From Nostoc sp. UHCC 0302 (GTDB lineage Bacteria; Cyanobacteriota; Cyanobacteriia; Cyanobacteriales; Nostocaceae), in contig NZ_CP151099.1 of assembly GCF_038096175.1 (NCBI RefSeq), positions 4,567,484 through 4,631,483 on the forward strand: a stretch of DNA of 64,000 nt, read 5' to 3'. This document shows, piece by piece, positions 1 to 10,416 of the stretch. A model generated the notes under the pieces. The model saw only the letters and a list, made by a program, of their open reading frames with translations, had not been told where the DNA came from and made no database searches. The position numbers and the translations under genes were made by a program. Within the stretch, counting starts at the first letter, position 1. Every line of letters begins with the position of its first letter.

Positions 1-591
1 TTAGGATGCGCCAAGCATTTCCCTGGACATGGAGATACTAGCAAAGACTCTCACATTGAGTTACCAATACTCAATTTGACTAGAGAAGACTTGCGGCTTC
101 GAGAACTTATACCCTTCAAAGCATTGATTGAAGCACAAATTCCTTTGATTATGACAGCCCATATCTTGTTTCCTAAGATAGATGCTGATGTGCCAGCAAC
201 ACTTTCTCAACCTATCCTCAAAAGCATACTCCGTGAAGAACTTGGCTTTGAGGGAGTGGTTGTATCTGATGATTTGGATATGAAAGCTATCTCCGATTTA
301 TTTATTCAAGCTGGTACTGTGGTGCGGTCATTTCATGCTGGCTGTGATTTATTTATTGTCTCGCGTAATATCAATTCATCATCTATTGAGCGTACTTATA
401 AAATTGCTGAAGATTTTGCCGATTCCCTCAGCAACGGTAGCCTTGATGAATCAGTGGTGGAAGCCGCTAAAAGTAGAATTGAAAAGCTACTGGCGGTGAC
501 TCCCCAATATCCTATTTATGCACTTGATAAAGATACATTAGTCCGAAATGCAGAATTAGCGATCGCTTGTTCTTTTCAAACTGATAAATAG
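1..591 (+). CDS. nagZ: beta-N-acetylhexosaminidase (glycoside hydrolase family 3), 5'-truncated at the window edge
   Basis: Open frame from nt 1, translating LGCAKHFPGHGDTSKDSHIELPIL...; the KHFPGHG motif and C-terminal region are typical of NagZ/GH3. The track ORF 76..591 is the in-window part and begins at a TTG. Confidence 0.8.
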   Translation, partial: LGCAKHFPGHGDTSKDSHIELPILNLTREDLRLRELIPFKALIEAQIPLIMTAHILFPKIDADVPATLSQPILKSILREELGFEGVVVSDDLDMKAISDLFIQAGTVVRSFHAGCDLFIVSRNINSSSIERTYKIAEDFADSLSNGSLDESVVEAAKSRIEKLLAVTPQYPIYALDKDTLVRNAELAIACSFQTDK

Positions 592-639
592 ATATATCTT
601 ATACATTAGTAAATCAGCAAAGAGTTCTCGATTTAAAAA

Positions 640-2349
640 TTATATTCCATGACTTTTACCAATCACCCAATTACGCCGGAAAAACCTTGCTAAAGCTGAT
701 TCTTCTAACGATAAATAAATTGGGCGGCCGTGAGGACAAGTACGGGGGTTACGAGTGCGTTGCCAATTATCTAATAGTGTCTGCATTTCTTGCAGATTCA
801 TTGGTGTACCATTACGAATAGCACTACGACAGGCGACTGCTACTTGAGCTGTTTGTAAGTCACCTCCCAAACTAAGTTCTAAAATTGCTTGTGGACAATC
901 TTCTCGCTGCTGCAAAATTGCGGGTAAGTTTCGGACAGCCCAGAGTTGTTCACCAAAGGATTCTATATCTAAACCAATGCGTTGCAATTGCCCTACTTGT
1001 GCTGGTGATAACTGATAAAGAATTATTGCAGGTTCGACGGGGATAAGTTGCCAGTTATCGCACAATTGCTCATACAAAACTCGCTCATGGGCAATGTGTT
1101 GTTCTACCAACCATAGACCAGCAGGATGTTCTGCCACAATATAGGTATTGCTAACTTGAGCGACAGCTTTGAGGGAGTTAGGAGTTTTATTATCTTCGTT
1201 TGGATTTTTAGAATTAAAGTTATAACCGCCTTTGGCTTCTGCGGCTTTGAGTAATTTACTAACTCGTGTTGTGTGGACAGATTCTTTAAGATTGCTAGCA
1301 GATATGCAGAGTGCTTGGTTAATTGCTTGGGTAATTTGCTCTTGCCAGTAACTCAGTTCATTGAGGTAAATTTCGGTTTTTGCTGGGTTGCGGTTCCAAT
1401 TAATTTGGTCGGGGGAAATGGCAAGATGCAAAAAACAAATTGGATAGCGATCGCGTGGTAATGTTTTGTGAAATGCACCCAAAATTGTTTGCTCTAGTTC
1501 CTGTGATTTTACCATCCGTCCGTTGATAGCTACACGCACCCAATCTGGACGATGACGATGACAGCGGTCAGGTAATCCTACTACTAAATTGAGTGTTGAG
1601 TGCTGAGTACAGACGCGATTAACCGCGTCTGTACAAGTGAGTTCTGAGTTGGGAGGGTTGGGTACTTCCAGTTTCACCTCTTGCAAATCACCTTGTCTTA
1701 CAGTAGGCAGAATTTGTGGCAACAGTTTTCCTACTGTAGTGGCGGGACAGATGGTGAACCATTGACGGTCATTTTGCCAAACTTGCCAAGTGATGTGAGG
1801 ATGACACAAAGCAATTTGTTGAATCGCCGCTTGCACGGCTTTCATTTGCTGTGCTGCTGAGGGTAAGCCTTGACGACGACTGGAGCAATTTCCGAAAAGA
1901 TTAGAAACTGTTACAACTGTACCAGGAGCGATCGCTGTTACTTCGACTTGAACAACTTCCCCGCTATTGCCATAATTAACCCGCCATCCCAAATTCCCAC
2001 CTGCTGGACGACTCAAAATCTCCAAATCCGCTAGAGTCGTTAAGCTGTGCAACGCCTCACCACGAAACCCTAAACTATTAATTTTCCACAAATCAGCACT
2101 AGAGCGAATTTTACTGGTACTGTGGGCTGTGGCTGCTTGTTGCAAATCATCTAGATTCATTCCACAACCATTATCAGCGACGCGGATTCGCCACTGCTGC
2201 GGCCATAAAGAAACCACAACGCGCGTTGCACCAGCATCAAGGGAATTTTCTACCAATTCCCGCACCACAGAAGCAAAACAGTCGATTACCTCTCCAGCTG
2301 TAATGAGATATACGACTTCTGTTGGTAAAACCTGAATAGTAGATGCCAT
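640..2349 (-). CDS. mutL: DNA mismatch repair protein MutL
   Basis: N terminus MASTIQVLPTEVVYLITAGEVIDCFASVVRELVENSLDAGATRVVV is the GHKL ATPase signature, with an INGRMV transducer motif and a C-terminal dimerisation region. The track ORF extends to 2421; the ATG at 2349 gives the canonical MutL N terminus. Confidence 0.93.
   Translation of the reverse strand: MASTIQVLPTEVVYLITAGEVIDCFASVVRELVENSLDAGATRVVVSLWPQQWRIRVADNGCGMNLDDLQQAATAHSTSKIRSSADLWKINSLGFRGEALHSLTTLADLEILSRPAGGNLGWRVNYGNSGEVVQVEVTAIAPGTVVTVSNLFGNCSSRRQGLPSAAQQMKAVQAAIQQIALCHPHITWQVWQNDRQWFTICPATTVGKLLPQILPTVRQGDLQEVKLEVPNPPNSELTCTDAVNRVCTQHSTLNLVVGLPDRCHRHRPDWVRVAINGRMVKSQELEQTILGAFHKTLPRDRYPICFLHLAISPDQINWNRNPAKTEIYLNELSYWQEQITQAINQALCISASNLKESVHTTRVSKLLKAAEAKGGYNFNSKNPNEDNKTPNSLKAVAQVSNTYIVAEHPAGLWLVEQHIAHERVLYEQLCDNWQLIPVEPAIILYQLSPAQVGQLQRIGLDIESFGEQLWAVRNLPAILQQREDCPQAILELSLGGDLQTAQVAVACRSAIRNGTPMNLQEMQTLLDNWQRTRNPRTCPHGRPIYLSLEESALARFFRRNWVIGKSHGI
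1607..1634. repeat. SDR-type palindromic short dispersed repeat (gtacagacgcgattaaccgcgtctgtac), in-frame inside mutL
   Basis: Near-perfect 28-bp palindrome of the same family as the intergenic copies at 2407, 9851, 9889 and 42716. The MutL ORF reads through it as ...TDAVNRVCT.... Confidence 0.8.
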
Positions 2350-2406
2350 AAAACATAGTCTACAACTTCTGGTCTTGAAGAAGTAGGGAGGTAGGGAGTA
2401 GGGAGT

Positions 2407-2435
2407 AGAGACGCGATTCATCGCGTCTCTACAGG
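2407..2435. repeat. SDR palindromic repeat (agagacgcgattcatcgcgtctctaca)
   Basis: Palindrome upstream of the mutL start; same family as the other SDR copies. Confidence 0.8.
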
Positions 2436-2462
2436 AGTTAGGAGTTAATAGTTATTATTTAC

Positions 2463-2496
2463 TATGCCCCATGCCTCATGCCCCATGCCCCAAAAA
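2463..2496. repeat. STRR heptanucleotide tandem repeat (atgcccc/atgcctc)
   Basis: Four or more tandem heptamers read directly in the sequence; a related catgccc array lies at 4223-4275. Confidence 0.8.
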
Positions 2497-2570
2497 GTTT
2501 TATTAATTGTAAAGAAAGCTCGATTGTAAAGGCTTTTTTGATAGATTGCTCTTGAGGTTATAAGCGAGAA

Positions 2571-2912
2571 ATGCTTATGAGTAGCAATTTAGCAGTTGAT
2601 GTTCACGATTTAAAGTCTCGTTTGCAATGGGGTCAACCAGCTTTTACAATTATTGATGTGCGCGATCGCCACACCTACAATCACGGTCATATTACTGGCG
2701 CAATACCCATTGCATTGGACGGTTTGGCATCCCGCGCCAAATCTTCTCTACATACAGAACGCCATATCTATATTTATGGCGAAAATGACGAACAAACAAC
2801 CCATGCTGCCACATTATTGCGACAAGCTGGGTTTGCTGAGGTAGCTGAAATCCCAGGTGGTTTTTCGGCGTGGAAATCAATCGGCGGTGCTACAGAAGGT
2901 ATTGGCGCATAA
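2571..2912 (+). CDS. single-domain rhodanese-like sulfurtransferase
   Basis: 113 aa; IIDVRDRHTYNHGHITGAIPIAL...IYIYGENDEQ has rhodanese-domain architecture. Confidence 0.75.
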   Translation: MLMSSNLAVDVHDLKSRLQWGQPAFTIIDVRDRHTYNHGHITGAIPIALDGLASRAKSSLHTERHIYIYGENDEQTTHAATLLRQAGFAEVAEIPGGFSAWKSIGGATEGIGA

Positions 2913-2958
2913 ACTTAAACTGGATATCAATCCAAGTTTATTTATGCCAATTACTACT

Positions 2959-2995
2959 GTTTTTTGTACTGCACAGTGTGCAGTACAGTTTTTTC
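2959..2995. terminator. bidirectional Rho-independent terminator between convergent genes
   Basis: ttttt-gtactgcacagtgtgcagtac-agtttttt: a 9-bp stem flanked by T-runs on both strands, lying between the 3' ends of the rhodanese gene (+) and the deaminase gene (-). Confidence 0.6.
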
Positions 2996-3067
2996 TAAGG
3001 CGTCAGAAAAATTACTCACAGCAACATTAATTAACATTAAATTACTTTGCATTCTGACCACTACTCG

Positions 3068-4117
3068 TCAATTAACATCTGTCATCGCCAAAACTTTAGG
3101 GGATTCAGGTTTGAGCAATCCATTTAATAAGGATGCGGGACGTTGACTATAAGGCCAAGCAAAAGCATGACGAAAAGCTGCTTCTTGACAAGCTTGTAGT
3201 TGTTCAAAACTAATAATGTCGTAAGTCAATAAGTTTTCATACTCAAACGGCAAACGTACATTATGTAATCCGGCATTATCAGTACAAATGGCGATATCTA
3301 CCCCAGCATCAAAACAACGGTCAAAGACTAACTTGAGTTGACGTATATCCTGTAAAGTACCAGTTTGTAAGTAAGTTGTCGGACAAACCTCTAAACATTG
3401 TCCGCGGTTAGCTAAATCTGGGAGTAACTCTGGATACAGTAAGGGAATTTGAATACCATGACCAATCCGCATGAGATAGGGTAACAGTTGTGGGTAACAA
3501 CCAGCGGTGGTTTCATACAGATGTCCCGTGGTGTTTACGCCGAGCGATCGCGCATAATCATATAGACTAATCCATTCTTGTAGGCGATCGGCATAATAGC
3601 TATCACCTCCTGCTACATCTATCGCACACACATAGTGCTTGTTCTGTGCTGCCAAATCAATAATCGCCTTGTTTACCTCATAAGGTAAACGTGTGTGCAT
3701 ACAGAGAATTTGTCTAGTGACAATTGGATATTCTGGCAGGTGACTAGCTTTTCCTACAACTTCTACAATTTCTGCCATCTTGTCAATTCTTTCAACTTGA
3801 CTCAGATGCTCAGGAGTTCGCAAATAGGGAGTATAGCGTAGTTCCAGATAAGCCAAATTTTCAAAAATATAAGCACCACGCACTAAGCGGTAGATAAAGT
3901 AAGGCAATGTTTCCACGGTTTGCACACTTTCTACCAGAGTATGCAATTCCAGATACTCATCTAAAGTATTGCGAGGCCTAGTGTAAAAATCTTCAAATTC
4001 TGAATAGTCAGCAAAGCGAGAAATCAACTCCGAAGAATGTCGCTCGAAATATCGCCATAGAACTCGCGGTACAACCGAGCCGCCTAAATGTCTATGTAAT
4101 TCAGCATATAAACTCAT
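3068..4117 (-). CDS. add: adenosine deaminase family protein
   Basis: ELHRHLGGS (cf. ELHVHLDG), MRIGHGIQ (cf. ERVGHG), LEVCPTTYLQTG (cf. CPxSN) and ICTDNAGL. Start taken at the internal Met MSLYAELH (4117) rather than the track start at 4252. Confidence 0.7.
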   Translation of the reverse strand: MSLYAELHRHLGGSVVPRVLWRYFERHSSELISRFADYSEFEDFYTRPRNTLDEYLELHTLVESVQTVETLPYFIYRLVRGAYIFENLAYLELRYTPYLRTPEHLSQVERIDKMAEIVEVVGKASHLPEYPIVTRQILCMHTRLPYEVNKAIIDLAAQNKHYVCAIDVAGGDSYYADRLQEWISLYDYARSLGVNTTGHLYETTAGCYPQLLPYLMRIGHGIQIPLLYPELLPDLANRGQCLEVCPTTYLQTGTLQDIRQLKLVFDRCFDAGVDIAICTDNAGLHNVRLPFEYENLLTYDIISFEQLQACQEAAFRHAFAWPYSQRPASLLNGLLKPESPKVLAMTDVN

Positions 4118-4346
4118 AATGGTATTTTTAGGTAAAAATTTTATCGATTGTAACAAAAATATAGAGAAAAAACTTTTACTGAAATTAGCCTTGTATAAAA
4201 AAATTCTTACCCTTGTGAGTGGAGTTTTTGGGCATGGGAAAGAAATTACCAATGCCTCATGCCCAATGCCTCAAGTTGTGCATTTTTATTGACATAATGC
4301 ACAAAATATGTTGATAATTATAGTTTGTGGAAACTTTACCTCATAA

Positions 4347-5699
<1,353 letters not shown>

Positions 5700-5702
5700 T
5701 CA

Positions 5703-5830
5703 GTGCTGAGTTCTAAGTTATCAGTCAAAAGTCAAAAGTCAAAAGTCATTGGCAAAGAAAAAAACAAATGACAAATGACAAATACTTCGACTTCGCTCAG
5801 TACAAGTGACAAATGATAAATGACGATTAA
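5703..5830. repeat. STRR block (caaaagt x3; aaatgac heptamers) plus a dispersed motif cttcgacttcgctcagtacaagtgacaaatga
   Basis: Tandem heptamers; the 40-bp motif recurs at 17100-17140 and partly at 42905-42930. Confidence 0.75.
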
Positions 5831-5845
5831 CAACTAACAACTGCT

Positions 5846-6442
5846 ATGGCTATTACAGTCGAATCTCAAAAGCGACCCGAAGGCAGCAAGCCGAAAGCTT
5901 TGCGCCGTTCTGGGTTAATACCTGCAAATTTGTACGGTCATAAAGGTACAGAGTCAATTTCTTTGGCGATTAATGCCAAAACTGTTGAGCGTTTGCTCAA
6001 AAAAGCTTCAGTCAATAACACCTTGATTGATTTAAACATTACTGATATACCTTGGCGAGGTAAAGCCTTGCTGCGAGAACTTCAAATACATCCAGCAAAA
6101 GGTACACCTTATCACCTCAGCTTTTTTGCGGTTGCGGGACATGGCGATACCACTGTAGAAGTACGCCTGCGTTTTGTAGGAAATGCTGTTGGTGTTAAAC
6201 AAGATGGTGGTGTGTTAGACACCGTAGTTACCGAATTGCAAGTCAGTTGTGCGCCTGAGAATATCCCAGATGTAATTGAAATCGATGTCTCTAACCTGCA
6301 AATTGGAGACAGCTTGCATATCAGTGATATACCTTTTCCTGAAGGTGTAACACCTCTAGCTGAATTAGAGCGACTTGTTGTTAGTGTTTTGCCACCGCAA
6401 ATCGACGCTGATGCTGAGATAGAGGCTGAAACAGCTTCTTAA
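5846..6442 (+). CDS. rplY: 50S ribosomal protein L25 / general stress protein Ctc
   Basis: [34 protein letters not shown]... has the L25/Ctc N-terminal signature and two-domain 198-aa architecture. Confidence 0.9.
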   Translation: MAITVESQKRPEGSKPKALRRSGLIPANLYGHKGTESISLAINAKTVERLLKKASVNNTLIDLNITDIPWRGKALLRELQIHPAKGTPYHLSFFAVAGHGDTTVEVRLRFVGNAVGVKQDGGVLDTVVTELQVSCAPENIPDVIEIDVSNLQIGDSLHISDIPFPEGVTPLAELERLVVSVLPPQIDADAEIEAETAS

Positions 6443-6474
6443 GCTAAGTAAACTGTGTAATAATTTTTGATAAT

Positions 6475-6500
6475 ACCAGGGGGGAACTCCTGGTTTTTTT
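6475..6500 (+). terminator. Rho-independent terminator after rplY
   Basis: accagg-ggggaact-cctggt hairpin followed by a run of seven T. Confidence 0.75.
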
Positions 6501-6541
6501 GTATTTGAACCGCAGAGGCGCAGAGAGCGCAGAGGAAAGAG

Positions 6542-8083
6542 ATGACAGAAGCGACTCTTCCAGTCTTAATTCAGCAAATGTTACAGCCTGGATTTTATCC
6601 CCATGCAGTAACAGAACCTATTCAACTTATTCAAACCCATATTTCTTATGTGTTGCTGACTGGAGATTACGCTTATAAACTGAAGAAACCAGTGAATTTT
6701 GGTTTTTTAGACTTTTCTACTTTAGAGAAGCGGCAACATTTTTGTCAGGAAGAGTTGCGGTTGAATCAACGGGGAGCCGCTCAACTGTATTTGGAAGTGT
6801 TACCTATAACTTTGGTTGAGGAGCAATACAATTTAGGGGGAACTGGTGAAGTTGTAGAGTACGTGCTGAAAATGCGCCAGTTTCCCCAAAAGTTCTTGTT
6901 TAGCAAACTTTTTGAACAGGGTAAGTTAAATGAGACAGACCTAGAGGACTTGGGACGGGTGGTTGCTCAATACCATGCAGAAGCACAGACAAATGATTAC
7001 ATTCGCAGTTTTGGTGAAGTAGCAAAAGTTCGGGCTGCTTTTGACGAAAATTATGAGCAAACAGAAAATTATATCGGTGGGCCTCAGACGCAGACGCAGT
7101 TTACAGAAACAAAGCAATATACAGATAAGTTTTTTGCAGAACGTCCAGAATTATTTGCTAGTAGAATTCAAAATAATTACATTCGCGAATGTCACGGGGA
7201 TTTACACCTGGGAAATATTGCTCTGTGGCAGGACAAAATCACGCTATTCGATTGCATTGAGTTTAATGAGCCGTTTCGCTTTGTCGATGTAATGTACGAT
7301 GTCGCGTTCACAGTAATGGATTTGGAAGCGCGATCGCGTAAAGACTTGGCTAATGCTTTTTTAAATGCTTATATAGAGCAAACTGGAGACTGGGAAGGTT
7401 TGCAGGTATTACCTTTATATTTAAGTCGTCAGGCTTATGTCCGGGCAAAAGTAACTTCGTTTTTACTAGACGATGCTAATGTACCTGTAACGGCAAAAGA
7501 AGAGGCGACAAAAACTGCTGCTGACTATTATAAACAGGCTTGGGAGTACACTAAACCCAAGCTTGGACAGCTAATTTTGATGTCCGGATTGTCGGGTTCT
7601 GGTAAAAGTACTACAGCACGCTATTTAGCCCGTCAACTAGGAGCAATTCAGATTCGTTCAGATGCAGTGCGGAAACATTTAGGGAGAATTCCTTTGTGGC
7701 AGAAGGGTGGCGATGATTTGTATACACCTGAGATGACCGAAAAAACTTATACACGGTTATTAGCATTGGGAATTCTGCTAGCTAATGAAGGTTTTACGGT
7801 GATTTTAGATGCTAAGTATGACCGTCAGCAGTTACGACAAGAAGCGATCGCCCAAGCTAAAAAACATCAGCTTTCCCTCCAGATTATCCACTGCACAGCA
7901 CCGCTAGAAGTTTTACAAAATCGTCTTGTCAACCGCACTGGTGATATTGCTGATGCTACTGCTGATTTGTTAACCTCACAACTAAAGCAAGCCGAACCCT
8001 TTACTGAGGAAGAACAACCCTACGTCAAGATTTTGGACACAACTCAAGCCCTAGAATCACAATTAAAAGAAGTAATTCGCTAA
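6542..8083 (+). CDS. bifunctional APH-like phosphotransferase / P-loop kinase-like protein
   Basis: N-terminal half has the Brenner motif HGDLHLGNI and DVMYDV (aminoglycoside-phosphotransferase/CotS-like fold). C-terminal half has the Walker A LILMSGLSGSGKST followed by ARYLARQLGAIQIRSD (gluconokinase/zeta-like NTP kinase). Confidence 0.75.
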   Translation: MTEATLPVLIQQMLQPGFYPHAVTEPIQLIQTHISYVLLTGDYAYKLKKPVNFGFLDFSTLEKRQHFCQEELRLNQRGAAQLYLEVLPITLVEEQYNLGGTGEVVEYVLKMRQFPQKFLFSKLFEQGKLNETDLEDLGRVVAQYHAEAQTNDYIRSFGEVAKVRAAFDENYEQTENYIGGPQTQTQFTETKQYTDKFFAERPELFASRIQNNYIRECHGDLHLGNIALWQDKITLFDCIEFNEPFRFVDVMYDVAFTVMDLEARSRKDLANAFLNAYIEQTGDWEGLQVLPLYLSRQAYVRAKVTSFLLDDANVPVTAKEEATKTAADYYKQAWEYTKPKLGQLILMSGLSGSGKSTTARYLARQLGAIQIRSDAVRKHLGRIPLWQKGGDDLYTPEMTEKTYTRLLALGILLANEGFTVILDAKYDRQQLRQEAIAQAKKHQLSLQIIHCTAPLEVLQNRLVNRTGDIADATADLLTSQLKQAEPFTEEEQPYVKILDTTQALESQLKEVIR

Positions 8084-8183
8084 CAGTATTAAAAAAGGTG
8101 TAAGGGTGTAGGTGATAAAAAATTAATTTATTCCCCTTTTCCCTAAACCTTTACACTCCTAAATCTCTATATTTCCGATACTT

Positions 8184-8681
8184 ATGGCACAAAAAAATAA
8201 CAACTTTCTAAATATTTCTCCCAGTTTCTTTTCTCAACTATTATTTGGGGCATTTTTAACATTTATATTAATGATGACAGGCTCTGCACCAGCCTTGAGC
8301 ATATTCTTAGGAATTATGGGAGGTTTCATCCTCGGCTGGGTCACAAGCGCAACCAATAATAGTCCCCAGCCTCCAACTGTAGCCTCCTCGGATGGCGTCG
8401 ATACGGGGCTAAAATATTGGTTATTTTTCATGCTTGGTTTTGTATATTTGGGTTATCCAGCACCCATGAGTATCTTACTTGGTGGAATAGCAGCTTTAGG
8501 TGGAGGCTGGATTACTGCTTGGTGGGGTAGCAAGGAAGAAACTAGAACTCAATTGCCAATAGAAGAGTCAGAAGACGAAGTTACACAACCCAACCAGAGA
8601 ACTACCAGACAGCAAAGAAAAGCCAGCCGCCGTTACCGTCGCACTGCTGGAAGTTTCAATTTCCGGTTTTGGGAAAGGTAG
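8184..8681 (+). CDS. small hydrophobic membrane protein, hypothetical
   Basis: 165 aa with about four predicted TM segments and a basic C-terminal tail; no recognisable family. Confidence 0.45.
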   Translation: MAQKNNNFLNISPSFFSQLLFGAFLTFILMMTGSAPALSIFLGIMGGFILGWVTSATNNSPQPPTVASSDGVDTGLKYWLFFMLGFVYLGYPAPMSILLGGIAALGGGWITAWWGSKEETRTQLPIEESEDEVTQPNQRTTRQQRKASRRYRRTAGSFNFRFWER

Positions 8682-8685
8682 GGAT

Positions 8686-8726
8686 TGGGGATTGGGTACT
8701 GGGGACTGGGGACTGGGGGCTGGAGA
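8686..8726. repeat. STRR heptamer array (gggactg/gggattg)
   Basis: Tandem heptamers; the complementary array ccccagt lies at 8996-9052, where the track ORF 8982..9176(-) is merely its translation. Confidence 0.8.
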
Positions 8727-8728
8727 TT

Positions 8729-8868
8729 AACGTGAGTTCGATAGCTCTATAATGTCCTGAATAAAAAGACAAGAGATTTTACTACGCAAAACCGTCCCCC
8801 TCCGACTCGGAGAGGGACAGACTTGAACTTTAGTTCAAGGCAGGGAAAGGTTTGTCGAATTCACATGG
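8729..8868. mobile_element. MITE-like element, family with acgtgagttcga terminal inverted repeats, copy 1
   Basis: ~140 bp bounded by aacgtgagttcgatagctc...tgtcgaattcacatgg, with a central perfect hairpin ccgtcccCctccgactcggagagggacag. The other copies are at 17919-18073 and 11496-12113. Confidence 0.75.
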
Positions 8869-9055
8869 AATTAAGCTGTGAGGCATTTAATTTTCTGATA
8901 CTGCTGGAGAGGAGGATTGGATAGGTTTTAGTGAAGTAAGAAATTAGGTATTACATATTAGATAATTTGGAAAACTTTTCTCTAGTCCAAGTCACCAGCC
9001 CCAAATCCCCAGTCCCAAGCCACCAGTCCCCAATCCCCAGTTCCCAGTCCCCAAT

Positions 9056-9847
9056 ATGTTTTTATATCTCTCAAAATTATTGCCACTGTTTTTTTATCCA
9101 TTAGGACTAGCTTGCGTAAGTTTGTTAGTGGCTTTGGTAACATTATGGAAACGACCGCGTACTGCGGCGATCGCAATCGCTTTAGCGCTAACTTTATTAC
9201 TGTTTAGCAGTAATGCTTGGGTTTCTCATTATTTAGTGCGATCGCTAGAATGGCAAAATATCCCATCTGCTCAAATACCTAATGCAGAAGCAATTGTGGT
9301 TTTGGGTGGCGCAACTAAATCAGCTTTTCCTCCCAGACCTACTGTTGATTTGAGTGAATCGGGCGATCGCGTAATTTACGCAGCACAGCTATATCGCCAA
9401 AAAAAAGCTCCGATCATTATTCTCAGTGGCGGACGCATTGATTGGCGCGGTAGCGGTTCACCAGAATCGGCGGATATGGCAAATGTCCTAACATCTATTG
9501 GTATCCCATCTGAGGCAATTGTCGAAGAACCTGACTCTCTCAATACATATCAAAATGCCGTAAATGTCCGAAAAATCTTGGAATCTCGTGGAATTCGCCA
9601 AGTCTTGCTTGTGACTTCGGCAATGCATATGCCGCGATCGCTAAAGATTTTTCAACGTCAAGGAATTAATGCTATTCCTACGCCTACTGATTTTTTAATC
9701 AGCGAACGTGAACTCGAAGAACTCGGCAACACACCCAAAGCCGCTATACTGAATTTGTTACCTGATACTGCAAATCTAAATCAGTCTACTAGCGCTTTAA
9801 AAGAGTACCTTGGTACTTTTATATATCGCTTACGAGGTTGGCTTTAA
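9056..9847 (+). CDS. DUF218 (YdcF/ElyC/SanA family) membrane-anchored protein
   Basis: N-terminal TM helices, then AIVVLGGA...IIILSGGRIDWRG, a DUF218 Rossmann-like core. Confidence 0.75.
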   Translation: MFLYLSKLLPLFFYPLGLACVSLLVALVTLWKRPRTAAIAIALALTLLLFSSNAWVSHYLVRSLEWQNIPSAQIPNAEAIVVLGGATKSAFPPRPTVDLSESGDRVIYAAQLYRQKKAPIIILSGGRIDWRGSGSPESADMANVLTSIGIPSEAIVEEPDSLNTYQNAVNVRKILESRGIRQVLLVTSAMHMPRSLKIFQRQGINAIPTPTDFLISERELEELGNTPKAAILNLLPDTANLNQSTSALKEYLGTFIYRLRGWL

Positions 9848-9850
9848 TTG

Positions 9851-9914
9851 GAGACGCGATTAATCGCGTCTGTACAGGAGTTAAGAATAGAGACGCGATT
9901 AATCGCGTCTGTAC
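9851..9914. repeat. two tandem copies of the SDR palindrome (gagacgcgattaatcgcgtctgtac)
   Basis: Copies at 9851-9876 and 9889-9914 separated by 12 bp. Confidence 0.85.
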
Positions 9915-9934
9915 TCCTAATATAAATTAATATT

Positions 9935-10156
9935 ATGTCTAAAGATTTACCTTATATTATTCCATCGCCTCAACCCGAAGTTGAGGAAAGCTTTGCTGCT
10001 TACCAAACAACTCACCAATTTTATCAAGAAGTTCAGACGCGGTTAGAGCTGCAACGTTACTGTGAATGGTATTACGAAACAGCAGAACAGCACCGTCAAG
10101 AACTCAAAAGAATGCGCGGCGAACTGAATATTTTCCGATGGTTTCGCCGCCGATGA
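9935..10156 (+). CDS. hypothetical small protein (73 aa)
   Basis: ORF only; Glu/Gln/Arg-rich with a basic C terminus; no family recognised. Confidence 0.35.
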   Translation: MSKDLPYIIPSPQPEVEESFAAYQTTHQFYQEVQTRLELQRYCEWYYETAEQHRQELKRMRGELNIFRWFRRR

Positions 10157-10161
10157 GTTAT

Positions 10162-10416
10162 TTAAATGATTTCTAACTCGGTTTCTCGTAAATGGGCTTT
10201 AAATTTTTTACTAAATTGAACTAAAATCGGCAAGTTAGCGCTTACAGGTCTACCTTGCCATTCTGTAGCAATACCTATAACTTCGCCTTCTGTGCCTTTA
10301 AGGTCAAAAGCCTGACTTCGATGTTCAGGATGATGGTAAACTACTACTGAATCTTTAACACGGACGCGATCGCCAACTTTCATAGCTACATTCACACCTA
10401 ACGTTTGCTGTTCCAC
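10162..10416 (-). CDS. ftrV: ferredoxin-thioredoxin reductase, variable subunit
   Basis: VGDRVRVKDSVVVYHHPEHRSQAFDLKGTEGEV...WQGRPVSANLPILVQF closely matches FtrV (Synechocystis ssr0330-like). Confidence 0.9.
   Translation of the reverse strand: MEQQTLGVNVAMKVGDRVRVKDSVVVYHHPEHRSQAFDLKGTEGEVIGIATEWQGRPVSANLPILVQFSKKFKAHLRETELEII

Noticed and set aside
1273-2335. Short plus-strand ORFs inside mutL (1273..1461, 2129..2335) and similar antisense ORFs inside purA, atpD, pnp, the flotillin gene, the TM-repeat gene and others.
   Set aside because: Each is embedded antisense or out of frame within a long gene that has clear homology. None has a coding signature.
8982-9176. Track ORF on the minus strand encoding GLGTGDWGLVAWDWGFGAGD.
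   Set aside because: It is a translation of an STRR heptamer array (ccccagt)n and overlaps the real DUF218 gene start region.
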